This document shows positions 10,270-19,651 of a stretch of 64,000 nt of DNA, one piece after another. The number at the start of each line of letters is the position of its first letter. The stretch's first letter is position 1. The stretch covers positions 7,401 to 71,400 of the forward strand of contig CAZLQF010000014.1 of NCBI GenBank assembly GCA_964561545.1, in the 5' to 3' direction. Under the pieces are notes generated by a model. It searched no databases. It was given only the letters and a program-made list of their open reading frames with translations, and was not told where the DNA came from. The stretch is from an uncultured Sphingobacteriales bacterium (lineage in GTDB: Bacteria; Bacteroidota; Bacteroidia; CAILMK01; CAYYUA01). The position numbers and the translations under genes were made by a program.

Positions 10270-11559
10270 TCAGGAAGCTTCACTTTGGTGAGGAATTTCT
10301 TTTTGGATCTTTAATCGAACTTCATCGATTTTGGCGCCTGAAACAGCATTAATGACAAATTCAAAAGGCTCGTAACTGATCACGTCTCCTTTTTTGGGTA
10401 TGTCTTCATGAATATTTAGGATAAGGCCTCCAAGCGTTTCATAGTCACCTTCAGGTAAATTTAAATTGTATTGCTCATTGATGTAATCAATTTCAAGGCG
10501 GGCAGAAAAGATATATTCGTTATCACTCACCTGCTTTTCCACCAATTCTTCCTGGTCGTGTTCATCACGTATTTCTCCAAAAATTTCCTCAATAATGTCT
10601 TCAACAGTTATTACACCGGATGTTCCACCAAACTCGTCCACAACTACGGCCATGCTCCGATGTTTTTCTATTAAGTTCTTAAGCAATTCACTGGCTTGCA
10701 TGGCTTCGGTGGCAATAGTAATGGTCATGAGAATTTCATCTATAGAAGCGGGATTCTTAAAAAGGTCAATGATGTGAACATAGCCTACTATGTTGTCGAT
10801 GTTTTCTTTGTAAATGAGAATCTTAGAATGGCCCGTGTCTACAAATTTTTGTCTTAGCTCATCGAGGGAGTCATGTTTCTCATTGGCAACTAACTCAGTT
10901 CTGGGGATCATGCATTCCCTCACTCTAACATTGGGAAAGTCGATCGCGTTTTTAAATATTTGAGTGTCAAGCTCTATTTCCCCTCCAGCTTCTTCTTTAT
11001 TGCTTTCTCTTACAAAATCAAAAAGGTCGTAATGATTGAAAACCGGCTTGCTTTCTTCAACTTTTACCCTCAGAAAACGCCTGAGAATAATTTTAGAGAT
11101 CCAGACCACAAAAATATTTAAGGGGTAAAACAAGTAATAAAAAAGGAGAAATGGCCAGGACAAGTAGGTTAAAATGACATTTGGGTTCGCCCGGAAAAGC
11201 GCTTTGGGCAGAAACTCCGCAAATATTAAAACCACAATGCTGGAAATAATAGTAATGGCAATAAATTTAGCAAACCCATAATGTAGCCATTCAAATGGTA
11301 AGCCCATAATCAGTTGGCTTAAAAGCACTTTCATGTAAATCCCGTAAATTACCAAAGCAATGTTATTACCAACCAGGGTGTTGGTCATGAAATAGGAAGG
11401 ATGGTTGATGAAATAGGAGAGTAGTCGAGCGGAGAGCATATTTTGCTTCCGCTTTAATTCTATTTTTAATTTATTGGCACTGTAATAAGCTATTTCGATC
11501 CCGGAGAAAAAACCAGAAAAAATAAGTGCCAGTAAAATAATTGTAAGATTAACATCCAT
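10270..11559 (-). CDS. CNNM/DUF21-CBS-CorC_HlyC hemolysin-family membrane protein (GldE-like)
   Basis: N-terminal 4-TM DUF21 region, tandem CBS domains and a C-terminal CorC/HlyC transporter-associated domain. The stop abuts the rsmI start with no gap. Confidence 0.75.
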   Translation of the reverse strand: MDVNLTIILLALIFSGFFSGIEIAYYSANKLKIELKRKQNMLSARLLSYFINHPSYFMTNTLVGNNIALVIYGIYMKVLLSQLIMGLPFEWLHYGFAKFIAITIISSIVVLIFAEFLPKALFRANPNVILTYLSWPFLLFYYLFYPLNIFVVWISKIILRRFLRVKVEESKPVFNHYDLFDFVRESNKEEAGGEIELDTQIFKNAIDFPNVRVRECMIPRTELVANEKHDSLDELRQKFVDTGHSKILIYKENIDNIVGYVHIIDLFKNPASIDEILMTITIATEAMQASELLKNLIEKHRSMAVVVDEFGGTSGVITVEDIIEEIFGEIRDEHDQEELVEKQVSDNEYIFSARLEIDYINEQYNLNLPEGDYETLGGLILNIHEDIPKKGDVISYEPFEFVINAVSGAKIDEVRLKIQKEIPHQSEAS

Positions 11560-11949
11560 TAAAAATAAGCTGCTTTGTAAGCATCAAAATTTAAGAAAAA
11601 CAATGAGATAATAGCACGGTAAGGTTTGAATGAGTAATAATCAAATGTTTAAAAGCGTAAAGCGTATTTTTTTAGCATTGAAGGATGAACTTGTTTGTAA
11701 TTATCTATGCAATACAATTTGTCACCTTTCTTTTTTCTTTTCCTGATCAAGTTGCAAGCTGTAAAGCCAAATTAAATTAAAAAAAACCGATCTTTTTACC
11801 AGCCAAAAGTTAAAACTAGTACCAACTTAACCCTAAAATTAAATATTTCAATCTTATTTCTAAAATGTTACGGTCAGTTAGCCTCTTAAAAGCCTTTTTC
11901 TAAGATCTTAAAACAGGCATTGATGATGGTAAAGACATTTGGTTCCCTG

Positions 11950-12033
11950 TGCCGATGGTGGGATTCGAACCCACACGGGTTTTAACCCACTACGACCTGA
12001 ACGTAGCGCGTCTACCAATTCCGCCACATCGGC
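11950..12033 (-). tRNA. tRNA-Leu (anticodon CAG)
   Basis: Reverse complement GCCGATGTGGCGGAATTGGTAGACGCGCTACGTTCAGGTCGTAGTGGGTTAAAACCCGTGTGGGTTCGAATCCCACCATCGGCA. Class II long variable arm, anticodon loop TTCAGGT, T-loop GGTTCGAATCC. CCA is not encoded. Confidence 0.9.
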
Positions 12034-12142
12034 CTTAAAGCCGCAAAATTACTTATTTTTTAGGTTTTACAAAGTTTCATGTTAGTTTTGTTCCCTCAAA
12101 TGAGTACCTAAGCAAAACACTTAAAGAACGAACCTTGAACTT

Positions 12143-13423
12143 ATGAAACGAATACCCATCCATTGGCAGATCATTGGTGGCATCGTCCTTGGTATCTTAT
12201 TTGGCCTTCTTGGTGTCCAATTAGGAATTGAAGAATTTACCAAAAACTGGATTGCCCCCTTTGGTACCATCTTCATTAACCTGCTTAAACTGATTGCCAT
12301 TCCGTTAATTCTTGTATCCTTGATCAATGGCGTTTCGAACCTCAAAAATGTGGCTAAACTCTCAAGAATTGGCGGAAAAACCATAGGCATTTATATGATG
12401 ACTACTGTGATTGCGATTACGGTAGGGTTGATATTCGTAAATAGCATGCAGCCTGGCAAAACCTTTTCAGAGGATAAGCAAATGGAGCTTCGGGAACAAC
12501 ATGCTGACCAATCAGCCGAACAAGCCATGACCGCCAAAGAAGTACAGGAAGAGGGGCCATTGCAATTTTTGGTGGACATTGTGCCACAAAACTTTTTCAA
12601 TGCCGTAGGTGATAATTCCAAGATGTTACAAGTGATCTTCTTTTCCTTGCTATTTGGAATAGCCATGGTCATGGTACCTGACGATAAAACCAAGACGCTC
12701 AAAAACTTATTAGAAGGATTAAATGAGATCATCCTTAAAATTGTAGAGCTTATTATGCGTTTTGCCCCAATTGGGGTTTTTGCCTTGTTAGCCGGGCAAA
12801 TAACGGATTTTGCAGGGGAGGAATTGGCCCAACTTTTTCAGGCATTGGGCTATTACAGCTTAACTGTGGTACTTGGCCTTGCCTTTTTAATGTTCCTGCT
12901 TTATCCCACCATTATATCTATTTTTACAAAACTCAATTACAAGCAATTTATCCAAGGAATCGGGCCAGCCCAGATGCTTGGTTTTTCCACAAGTTCAAGT
13001 GCTGCAACGTTGCCAGTCACTATGGATCGGTCTGAAAAGAAGCTGGGTGTTTCAGAAGAGGTATCAAGTTTTGTATTGCCGCTCGGAGCCACCATCAATA
13101 TGGATGGCACCAGTCTATACCAAAGCGTTGCGGCTGTATTCATCGCTCAGGCATTTGGCTTTGATCTTACCATTGGTCAGCAAATTACCATTGTTTTAAC
13201 CGCTACCCTGGCATCAATCGGTTCTGCAGCTGTTCCCGGGGCCGGGATTATTATGCTGGTTATTGTGTTGGAATCTATTGGACTGGATCCTAAAGGAATC
13301 AGCCTGATTGTTGCGGTTGACCGGCCTTTAGATATGCTTAGGACCTCAGTCAATGTTACAGGTGATGGCATGGTAGCCTCCATTATAGCAGAAACGGAAA
13401 ATGAACTTGAGCCAGCTGTTTAA
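12143..13423 (+). CDS. dicarboxylate/amino acid:cation symporter (DAACS family, GltP/GltT-like)
   Basis: 426 aa with about 8 TM helices plus re-entrant hairpins. The SSSAATLP motif is characteristic of sodium:dicarboxylate symporters. Confidence 0.85.
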   Translation: MKRIPIHWQIIGGIVLGILFGLLGVQLGIEEFTKNWIAPFGTIFINLLKLIAIPLILVSLINGVSNLKNVAKLSRIGGKTIGIYMMTTVIAITVGLIFVNSMQPGKTFSEDKQMELREQHADQSAEQAMTAKEVQEEGPLQFLVDIVPQNFFNAVGDNSKMLQVIFFSLLFGIAMVMVPDDKTKTLKNLLEGLNEIILKIVELIMRFAPIGVFALLAGQITDFAGEELAQLFQALGYYSLTVVLGLAFLMFLLYPTIISIFTKLNYKQFIQGIGPAQMLGFSTSSSAATLPVTMDRSEKKLGVSEEVSSFVLPLGATINMDGTSLYQSVAAVFIAQAFGFDLTIGQQITIVLTATLASIGSAAVPGAGIIMLVIVLESIGLDPKGISLIVAVDRPLDMLRTSVNVTGDGMVASIIAETENELEPAV

Positions 13424-14144
13424 AACTACAACTATGCGATACTACTTCATTACTGGAACAAGTACAGGGATAGGTAAAGCAATAACCGAAGAGGCCTTAA
13501 AACGAGGTAACCATGTAATGGGATTCAGCCGAAGAAATACCATAGAACATGCCAACTATACCCACAATGCTATTGATTTGAGTGATCTTGATCAAACCAA
13601 AAAAATCAGCTTTACCTTACCCAACCCTGATCAATACCAAGGCATCGTGTTGGTGAATAACGCAGGAGTTATAGAGCCTGTCCAATATTTAGGCAACATG
13701 GATCCTGATGAAGTTATCAAGCACTACCATGTCAATATGATAGCCCCTGTGCTCCTGATCAATCAATTTTTAAAAGCTTTTAAAAATTTTAAAGGCGACC
13801 AATGTGTTTTCAATGTTAGCTCAGGTGCTGCTAAATATCCGGTGGATGGTTGGAATTGTTATTGCAGTAGTAAAGCTGCTTTGGACATGGTTAGTCAGGT
13901 AGGCGACCTTGAAAATGAAAAAAGCAACGGAAATTGCCGATTTTATGCAATTGCACCGGGCGTAGTTGATACACCCATGCAGGACCAAATTAGAAGTGCA
14001 GAAGAATCAGCATTTAGCCGTTTGCAGGAATTTATCAATTACAAAAAGGAAAATGTGCTGGTACCGCCAGAACAGGTGGCCCACCGTCTGGTAGATATTA
14101 TGGAAGACACTGAAAGCCATAAAAATGTGATTGATCGGATTTAA
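13401..14144 (+). CDS. short-chain dehydrogenase/reductase (SDR) family oxidoreductase
   Basis: N-terminal YYFITGTSTGIGKA (TGxxxGxG). The catalytic YxxxK is in CYCSSKAALD. The 5' end overlaps the symporter 3' end by 23 nt. Confidence 0.8.
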   Translation: MNLSQLFKTTTMRYYFITGTSTGIGKAITEEALKRGNHVMGFSRRNTIEHANYTHNAIDLSDLDQTKKISFTLPNPDQYQGIVLVNNAGVIEPVQYLGNMDPDEVIKHYHVNMIAPVLLINQFLKAFKNFKGDQCVFNVSSGAAKYPVDGWNCYCSSKAALDMVSQVGDLENEKSNGNCRFYAIAPGVVDTPMQDQIRSAEESAFSRLQEFINYKKENVLVPPEQVAHRLVDIMEDTESHKNVIDRI

Positions 14145-14193
14145 TTACGGATCATTTTTGTACGGACAGGCAAGTAATATAAAACGTTAATTC

Positions 14194-16281
14194 ATGAATC
14201 TAATTAGACCTCTTAATTTATTAGCACTCTTTCTACTGCCACTCACCTTACTTAGTCAGAAAGATGAGAAGTTTTGCGGGACTGATGAATACTACCAGGA
14301 TCAATTGGAAAAGAATCCTGAATTAAAAAAATTAGAACAGGCGTCTAATGATTTTGCTGAAGGTTATCAACCACCCATGACCAAAAATGGGCAAAAGTAT
14401 ATTATACCAGTAGTTTTTCACGTCATGCACACCTATGGGCCCGAAAATGTGGATAAAGAAAGAATCCTGGCCAATTTTAAGACGTTAAATGAAGATTACC
14501 AAAAACAAAATTCAGATACTCAGTTCGTAAGAGATCAATTTAAATCCCTAATTGCTGACCATAACATTGAGTTCCGCTTAGCAAGGGTTGATCCCCAAGG
14601 CAATTGTACGGATGGTATAGAAAGGCATTATTCAGAAAATACCAACAGTGCCAATGACAATGTAAAGCGCGAAGTACAATGGGATCCGGACAGGTATTTA
14701 AACGTATGGATTGTAGGAACAATAAATCGCGGTGGCAATACCAACATTGGGGGTTACGCCAATTTTCCTTGGGATAAGCCTTACAAGGATAATGATGGCA
14801 TTGTAATTATAGCCAGGAGCATTGATGGAGGTGATCGAACATTAACCCATGAGGTAGGCCATTATTTGGGGCTTTACCACCCGTTTCAAGGAGGATGTAA
14901 TCAGTGGAATGTTAATAGTAATGATGAGGTAGACGATACTCCTATGACTGAAGACCGGGACGGCATTATAAGTAGTTGTGATGGCCGGAATACTTGTGAT
15001 CTGGATTTTCCACAAGGACAGGACAAGCCGGATATGCTCGATAATTTTATGGACTATACCCCTTGTGGTCGAATGTTTACTAAAGGCCAGAAAACCAGGA
15101 GCCTGTCTTATTTAGATCCCAATAATACTAATAATAGGGCGCAAATGGTATCGCAATCCAATTTGGCTTATACAGGCGTATTGGATACCATTCAAAATAA
15201 AAAACCCCTTGCTTATTTTGATACTGAGGAAAAAGAAATTTGTTCAGGAGATTCAACCCAATTTGAGCAGGTTACATGCCAAGGTAACCCTGACTCATTT
15301 AAGTGGTATTTCCAAGGAGGCGAGCCCAAGGTTTCAACCAAAGCCAACCCTCAAGTATTGTACAAGGACACGGGTAGTTACAACGTGACCTTAGTGGTTG
15401 CTAATGAGAACGGTAAAGACAGTGTTACCCTTAAAAATCATGTAAATGTAATTCAAGGAGAACCAGTGAGCTCTAATCCATTTCAAGCAAATCTGGACTC
15501 AGGCAATTTGAAAGCTAAAGGGTGGCGTTTTAAACAAACCCTTCCTGATGACACGGGTTGGCAATTGTCCTCCAAAGCATCATTCACTGGCACTAAAAGC
15601 CTTTATTTAAATAATTACAACCTTGATAGAGAGAACTTAACTTATTCGGTAATTACCCCTAAACTCAATCTTTATGAACCCAAAAGTATCAAACTTACTT
15701 TTAATTATGCTTATGCCAATCTTTCCAATTCTTCTACCGATAAAATGACCATTGAAGTCTCTAACGATTGTGGAGCTACCTGGAAATCAGTGGCCAATAT
15801 GTTTAACCTGACATTAAAAACCACTGATAATCCTGTCAGTGAAGATTTTGTTCCAAGCCCTAACCAATGGGATGAACAAGTTGTGAATTTTAACACGGTT
15901 GATTCCGGACAAATATTCCTTAAATTCAATTTTATTACTGGTAAAGGCAATAATATCTATATGGACAATATTAGGTTTGGCTACTCGGTAGGTATGGAGG
16001 AAAGGGGCAACCAGCAAGGGCAACTGCGCTTATATCCCAACCCAGTTCAGGACAAATTGAACCTGTCAATAAGTAATGTGAGCGCTGGCAATGCGCAATT
16101 AACGATAAGAAATATGGTAGGTCAGGAACTAAGTAGGCGGAACATTCAATTAAACAATCCTACGGAAAATAATGTTAAATTGGACGTTGAAAATTTGAAC
16201 ATTCAAGATGCAGGCGTTTACTTCTTGATGGTTGAAACTGAAGATTCCAGAATTGTTAAAAAGTTTAACTACGTTAAATAA
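14194..16281 (+). CDS. M43 (pappalysin/cytophagalysin-type) zinc metalloprotease with T9SS C-terminal sorting domain
   Basis: Signal peptide, HEVGHYLGLYHPF zincin motif (HExxHxxGxxH) with the Met-turn region NFMDYT, beta-rich middle domains, and a C-terminal T9SS CTD (LRLYPNPVQDKLNL...AGVYFLMVETEDSRIVKKFNYVK). Confidence 0.8.
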   Translation: MNLIRPLNLLALFLLPLTLLSQKDEKFCGTDEYYQDQLEKNPELKKLEQASNDFAEGYQPPMTKNGQKYIIPVVFHVMHTYGPENVDKERILANFKTLNEDYQKQNSDTQFVRDQFKSLIADHNIEFRLARVDPQGNCTDGIERHYSENTNSANDNVKREVQWDPDRYLNVWIVGTINRGGNTNIGGYANFPWDKPYKDNDGIVIIARSIDGGDRTLTHEVGHYLGLYHPFQGGCNQWNVNSNDEVDDTPMTEDRDGIISSCDGRNTCDLDFPQGQDKPDMLDNFMDYTPCGRMFTKGQKTRSLSYLDPNNTNNRAQMVSQSNLAYTGVLDTIQNKKPLAYFDTEEKEICSGDSTQFEQVTCQGNPDSFKWYFQGGEPKVSTKANPQVLYKDTGSYNVTLVVANENGKDSVTLKNHVNVIQGEPVSSNPFQANLDSGNLKAKGWRFKQTLPDDTGWQLSSKASFTGTKSLYLNNYNLDRENLTYSVITPKLNLYEPKSIKLTFNYAYANLSNSSTDKMTIEVSNDCGATWKSVANMFNLTLKTTDNPVSEDFVPSPNQWDEQVVNFNTVDSGQIFLKFNFITGKGNNIYMDNIRFGYSVGMEERGNQQGQLRLYPNPVQDKLNLSISNVSAGNAQLTIRNMVGQELSRRNIQLNNPTENNVKLDVENLNIQDAGVYFLMVETEDSRIVKKFNYVK

Positions 16282-16355
16282 ACCATTAGCTTTAATACGA
16301 TTTGTTTGCTATTGCTTTAATCTCATAAAATTGTGATATCATAAAAAAGGTATTT

Positions 16356-18716
16356 ATGACAAAAAATGTTGTCATAGTTGAATCACCAGCCAAAGCTAAG
16401 ACCATCAAAAAGTTCTTGGGAAATGATTTTGATGTTACCTCTTGCTATGGGCATATACGTGATTTGGCTCCGGACAAAATGTCTGTGGATATAGAAAAGA
16501 ATTATGAACCTCAGTACCAGATTCCTTCGGATAAGAAGAAGCTGGTAAAGGAGTTGAAACAGCTGGTGAAAGACGCTGAGCAAGTTTGGCTGGCCACAGA
16601 TGAGGATCGCGAAGGTGAGGCCATTTCATGGCATTTAAAAAAGGCTTTGGAGTTAAACGAAAATCAAATTAACCGAATTGTTTTTCATGAGATTACCAAG
16701 CAAGCCATCCAGAATGCCATTGAGAATCCGAGGAAGATCGATAAGAAACTGGTGGATGCCCAGCAAGCTCGTAGGATACTGGACCGCTTGGTTGGGTTTG
16801 AACTTTCTCCCGTTTTATGGAAAAAAGTGCAGCCTGCTTTATCTGCTGGCCGTGTTCAATCAGTGGCTGTTCGGCTTATTGTAGAGCGAGAGCGGGAAAT
16901 CAATGATTTCAAGCCGGACAATTTTTTCAGAGTGTCAGCCGAACTCCATCCTGTCAATGACAAGGGAGCGGTAGAAGAAGCAGTGTTAAAAGCTGAGTTG
17001 CCGCATAAATATCAGCAATATGAGGAGGCGAAGAAGTTCATTGATAATTGTAACGGTTCCAGCTTTCACATAGACTCCATTGAAAAGAAACCAGCTAAAC
17101 GCAAACCTTCGCCACCCTTTACTACTTCTACTTTGCAACAAGAGGCAGGCAGAAAGCTTGGTTTTTCAGTATCCCGTACCATGACCCTTGCTCAAAAACT
17201 ATATGAAGCTGGCCGCATAACTTACATGCGTACCGATTCCGTTAGTCTTTCAGATGAGGCGAGAAGTTCTGCTGAAGATGAGATCAAAAAGACATATGGT
17301 GACAAATATGCCAAGCCACGGCAATATCAGACCAAAAATCAAAGTGCTCAGGAAGCACACGAGGCTATCAGGCCTACCTCAATGAACACTAAAAGTGTTA
17401 AGGGTGAAGGGGAAAATAAACTTTATGATTTGATCTATAAGCGAACCCTTGCTTCCCAAATGGCTGACGCTGAACTTGAAAAAACCAACGTTAAGGTTGG
17501 CATATCAAACAGCAATGAGCAATTAACAGCTAAAGGAGAAGTGGTTAAGTTTGATGGTTTTTTAAAAGTTTATATTGAATCCTCCGATGATGAAGAGGAA
17601 AAAGATAAAGGAGAAACCCTGTTACCTCCTATTAAAGAAGGACAGCAACTATCGCTGGATGCAATGAGAGCCACCGAAAGGTTTACCAAACCACCCGCTC
17701 GCTACACCGAGGCATCTTTGGTTAAAAAACTTGAAGAACTTGGTATTGGAAGGCCTTCCACCTATGCACCTACCATCTCTACCATCCAAAAGCGGGGCTA
17801 TGTAACTAAAACCAATAAAGATGGTCAAGAAAGGAATTATAAAGTAATCGCTTTGAGCGATGGAACTGTTCAGGAACTTGAGAAAACCGAAACCTACGGT
17901 GCTGAAAAGGGCAAAATATTCCCCACCAACACTGGTATGGTCGTTAATGATTTCCTTACTGAGTATTTCTCCAACATTGTGGATTATAACTTTACTGCCA
18001 ATGTTGAGAAGCAGTTTGATGAAATTGCAAGCGGTACTGAAGATTGGCACAAAATGATCGATAATTTTTATACCCGCTTTCACCCAATTGTAGAAGATAC
18101 TGAAAAAAATACCAGTAAATTCAAAGGCGAACGCTACCTGGGTAAGGACCCAAGTTCTGGGAATGAAGTTTACGTTAAGTTAGGGAAATACGGTGGCTAC
18201 GTTCAGAAAGGCTCCAGTGAGGGCGATGAAAAACCTGAATTTGCGAAATTGCGTGAAGGCCAGCTTATAGAAAACATTACCCTTGAACAAGCCCTGGAAT
18301 TGTTCAAATTGCCTCGACATTTGGGCGAATATCAGAATTATGACGTAGCTGCCTCTGTGGGCCGTTACGGCCCCTATATCAGGCACGGATCCAAATTTTA
18401 TTCGCTTCCTCAAGAAGATGATCCATATACTGTAATGTACGACCGAGCCATTGAAATTATTGAGGAAAAGAAGAAAGAAGAAGCTAAAAAGAACATCAAC
18501 ACCTTTGAATATGATGGTAAAGAGCTAAGGGTCTTGAACGGGCCTTACGGGCCCTACATCTCCTACGATAAACAAAACTACAAGATACCCAAGGACTACG
18601 AAGCCCATGAGCTTACCTTAGATGATTGTATAAAGATCCTTGAAGATCCTAAGAATCAATCGAAGAAAAAGCGAAAAGGTGGCGGTAATAAAAAAACATC
18701 TAAGAAAAGCTCCTAA
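16356..18716 (+). CDS. topA: DNA topoisomerase I
   Basis: 786 aa. TOPRIM N-terminus (VVIVESPAKAKTIKKFLG), type IA core, C-terminal repeats and a Lys-rich tail. Confidence 0.95.
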   Translation: MTKNVVIVESPAKAKTIKKFLGNDFDVTSCYGHIRDLAPDKMSVDIEKNYEPQYQIPSDKKKLVKELKQLVKDAEQVWLATDEDREGEAISWHLKKALELNENQINRIVFHEITKQAIQNAIENPRKIDKKLVDAQQARRILDRLVGFELSPVLWKKVQPALSAGRVQSVAVRLIVEREREINDFKPDNFFRVSAELHPVNDKGAVEEAVLKAELPHKYQQYEEAKKFIDNCNGSSFHIDSIEKKPAKRKPSPPFTTSTLQQEAGRKLGFSVSRTMTLAQKLYEAGRITYMRTDSVSLSDEARSSAEDEIKKTYGDKYAKPRQYQTKNQSAQEAHEAIRPTSMNTKSVKGEGENKLYDLIYKRTLASQMADAELEKTNVKVGISNSNEQLTAKGEVVKFDGFLKVYIESSDDEEEKDKGETLLPPIKEGQQLSLDAMRATERFTKPPARYTEASLVKKLEELGIGRPSTYAPTISTIQKRGYVTKTNKDGQERNYKVIALSDGTVQELEKTETYGAEKGKIFPTNTGMVVNDFLTEYFSNIVDYNFTANVEKQFDEIASGTEDWHKMIDNFYTRFHPIVEDTEKNTSKFKGERYLGKDPSSGNEVYVKLGKYGGYVQKGSSEGDEKPEFAKLREGQLIENITLEQALELFKLPRHLGEYQNYDVAASVGRYGPYIRHGSKFYSLPQEDDPYTVMYDRAIEIIEEKKKEEAKKNINTFEYDGKELRVLNGPYGPYISYDKQNYKIPKDYEAHELTLDDCIKILEDPKNQSKKKRKGGGNKKTSKKSS

Positions 18717-18733
18717 ATTTCAGGGAGGTCATA

Positions 18734-19651
18734 ATGCCTGAAAAAAACGAATTAGAAGCCCTTGTTTATTTGTTGGATGACGCTGATGAAGAAGTGGTGA
18801 AACATGTGACAGATCAACTGCTATCCTATGGGAAATCTATTATCCCCGTATTGGAAGACCTTTCGCTAGAAAAACCTGATGATTATCCCCAATCCAAAAT
18901 CGATGATGTAATTCAGGAGATTCAATTTTCCGAAATATCTGATCAGTTTTTAAGCTGGGCTCAAAGTGGTGCTGGTGATTTGCTGCAAGGCGCATATTTA
19001 GTGGCCAAATACAGGTATCCGGGCCTTGAGCGCGAGGAAATCGAAGACAGGATCAATAAGATCAAACTGGACGTTTGGCTTGAATTAAGCAACCATTTAA
19101 CACCGCTTGAAAAAGTAAAGAAGTTTAATTACATATTTTATAATTACTACAAATTTCAGGGTGATGTAGATGACTACCATGCGCCTGAAAATTCGTTGAT
19201 CAATAAGGTTGTTGAGAAAAAGAAAGGCAATCCTATATCGCTGGCCATTGTATACTCAGTAATTGCACAGCGCTTGGGTATTCCCGTTTTTGGGGTGAAT
19301 TTACCCCAGCACTTTATACTTGCGTATAAAGATGACCGGCAATTCCCAAAAGACAATTCTTTACAAGGTTTTAACTATTTAACACCTGACCAGGCTGGTG
19401 AAACGCTATTTTACATCAATGCCTTCAACCGCGGCACCGTTTTTAATAAATGGAACATTGACCAGTTCCTGAAACAACTTAACATTGACAAGCATGTCAT
19501 GTATTATGAGCCATGCTCCAATGTGGATACCATTCTAAGGGTTCTACGCAACCTTGTTTTTTCTTTTGAATCAACAGAAGAAGATAAAAAGGTTAGTGAT
19601 CTTAACAGGCTTCACGAGCTTTTAGAACCTTATTCTGAAGGTTATAGCTAA
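18734..19651 (+). CDS. transglutaminase-like/SirB1 (UPF0162) family protein
   Basis: GNPISLAIVYSVIAQRLGIPVFGVNLPQHFIL closely resembles the SirB1/YchA transglutaminase-like core. It starts 17 nt after the topA stop. Confidence 0.5.
   Translation: MPEKNELEALVYLLDDADEEVVKHVTDQLLSYGKSIIPVLEDLSLEKPDDYPQSKIDDVIQEIQFSEISDQFLSWAQSGAGDLLQGAYLVAKYRYPGLEREEIEDRINKIKLDVWLELSNHLTPLEKVKKFNYIFYNYYKFQGDVDDYHAPENSLINKVVEKKKGNPISLAIVYSVIAQRLGIPVFGVNLPQHFILAYKDDRQFPKDNSLQGFNYLTPDQAGETLFYINAFNRGTVFNKWNIDQFLKQLNIDKHVMYYEPCSNVDTILRVLRNLVFSFESTEEDKKVSDLNRLHELLEPYSEGYS

Noticed and set aside
10270-11559. Calling the CNNM/CorC protein GldE (gliding motility)
   Set aside because: Domain architecture alone does not distinguish GldE from generic CorC/HlyC transporters, and the expected gldD neighbour is absent.
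12121-12390. 89-aa - strand ORF overlapping the start of the symporter gene
   Set aside because: It is antisense to a strongly supported transporter gene and is Pro/Met-rich low-complexity sequence.
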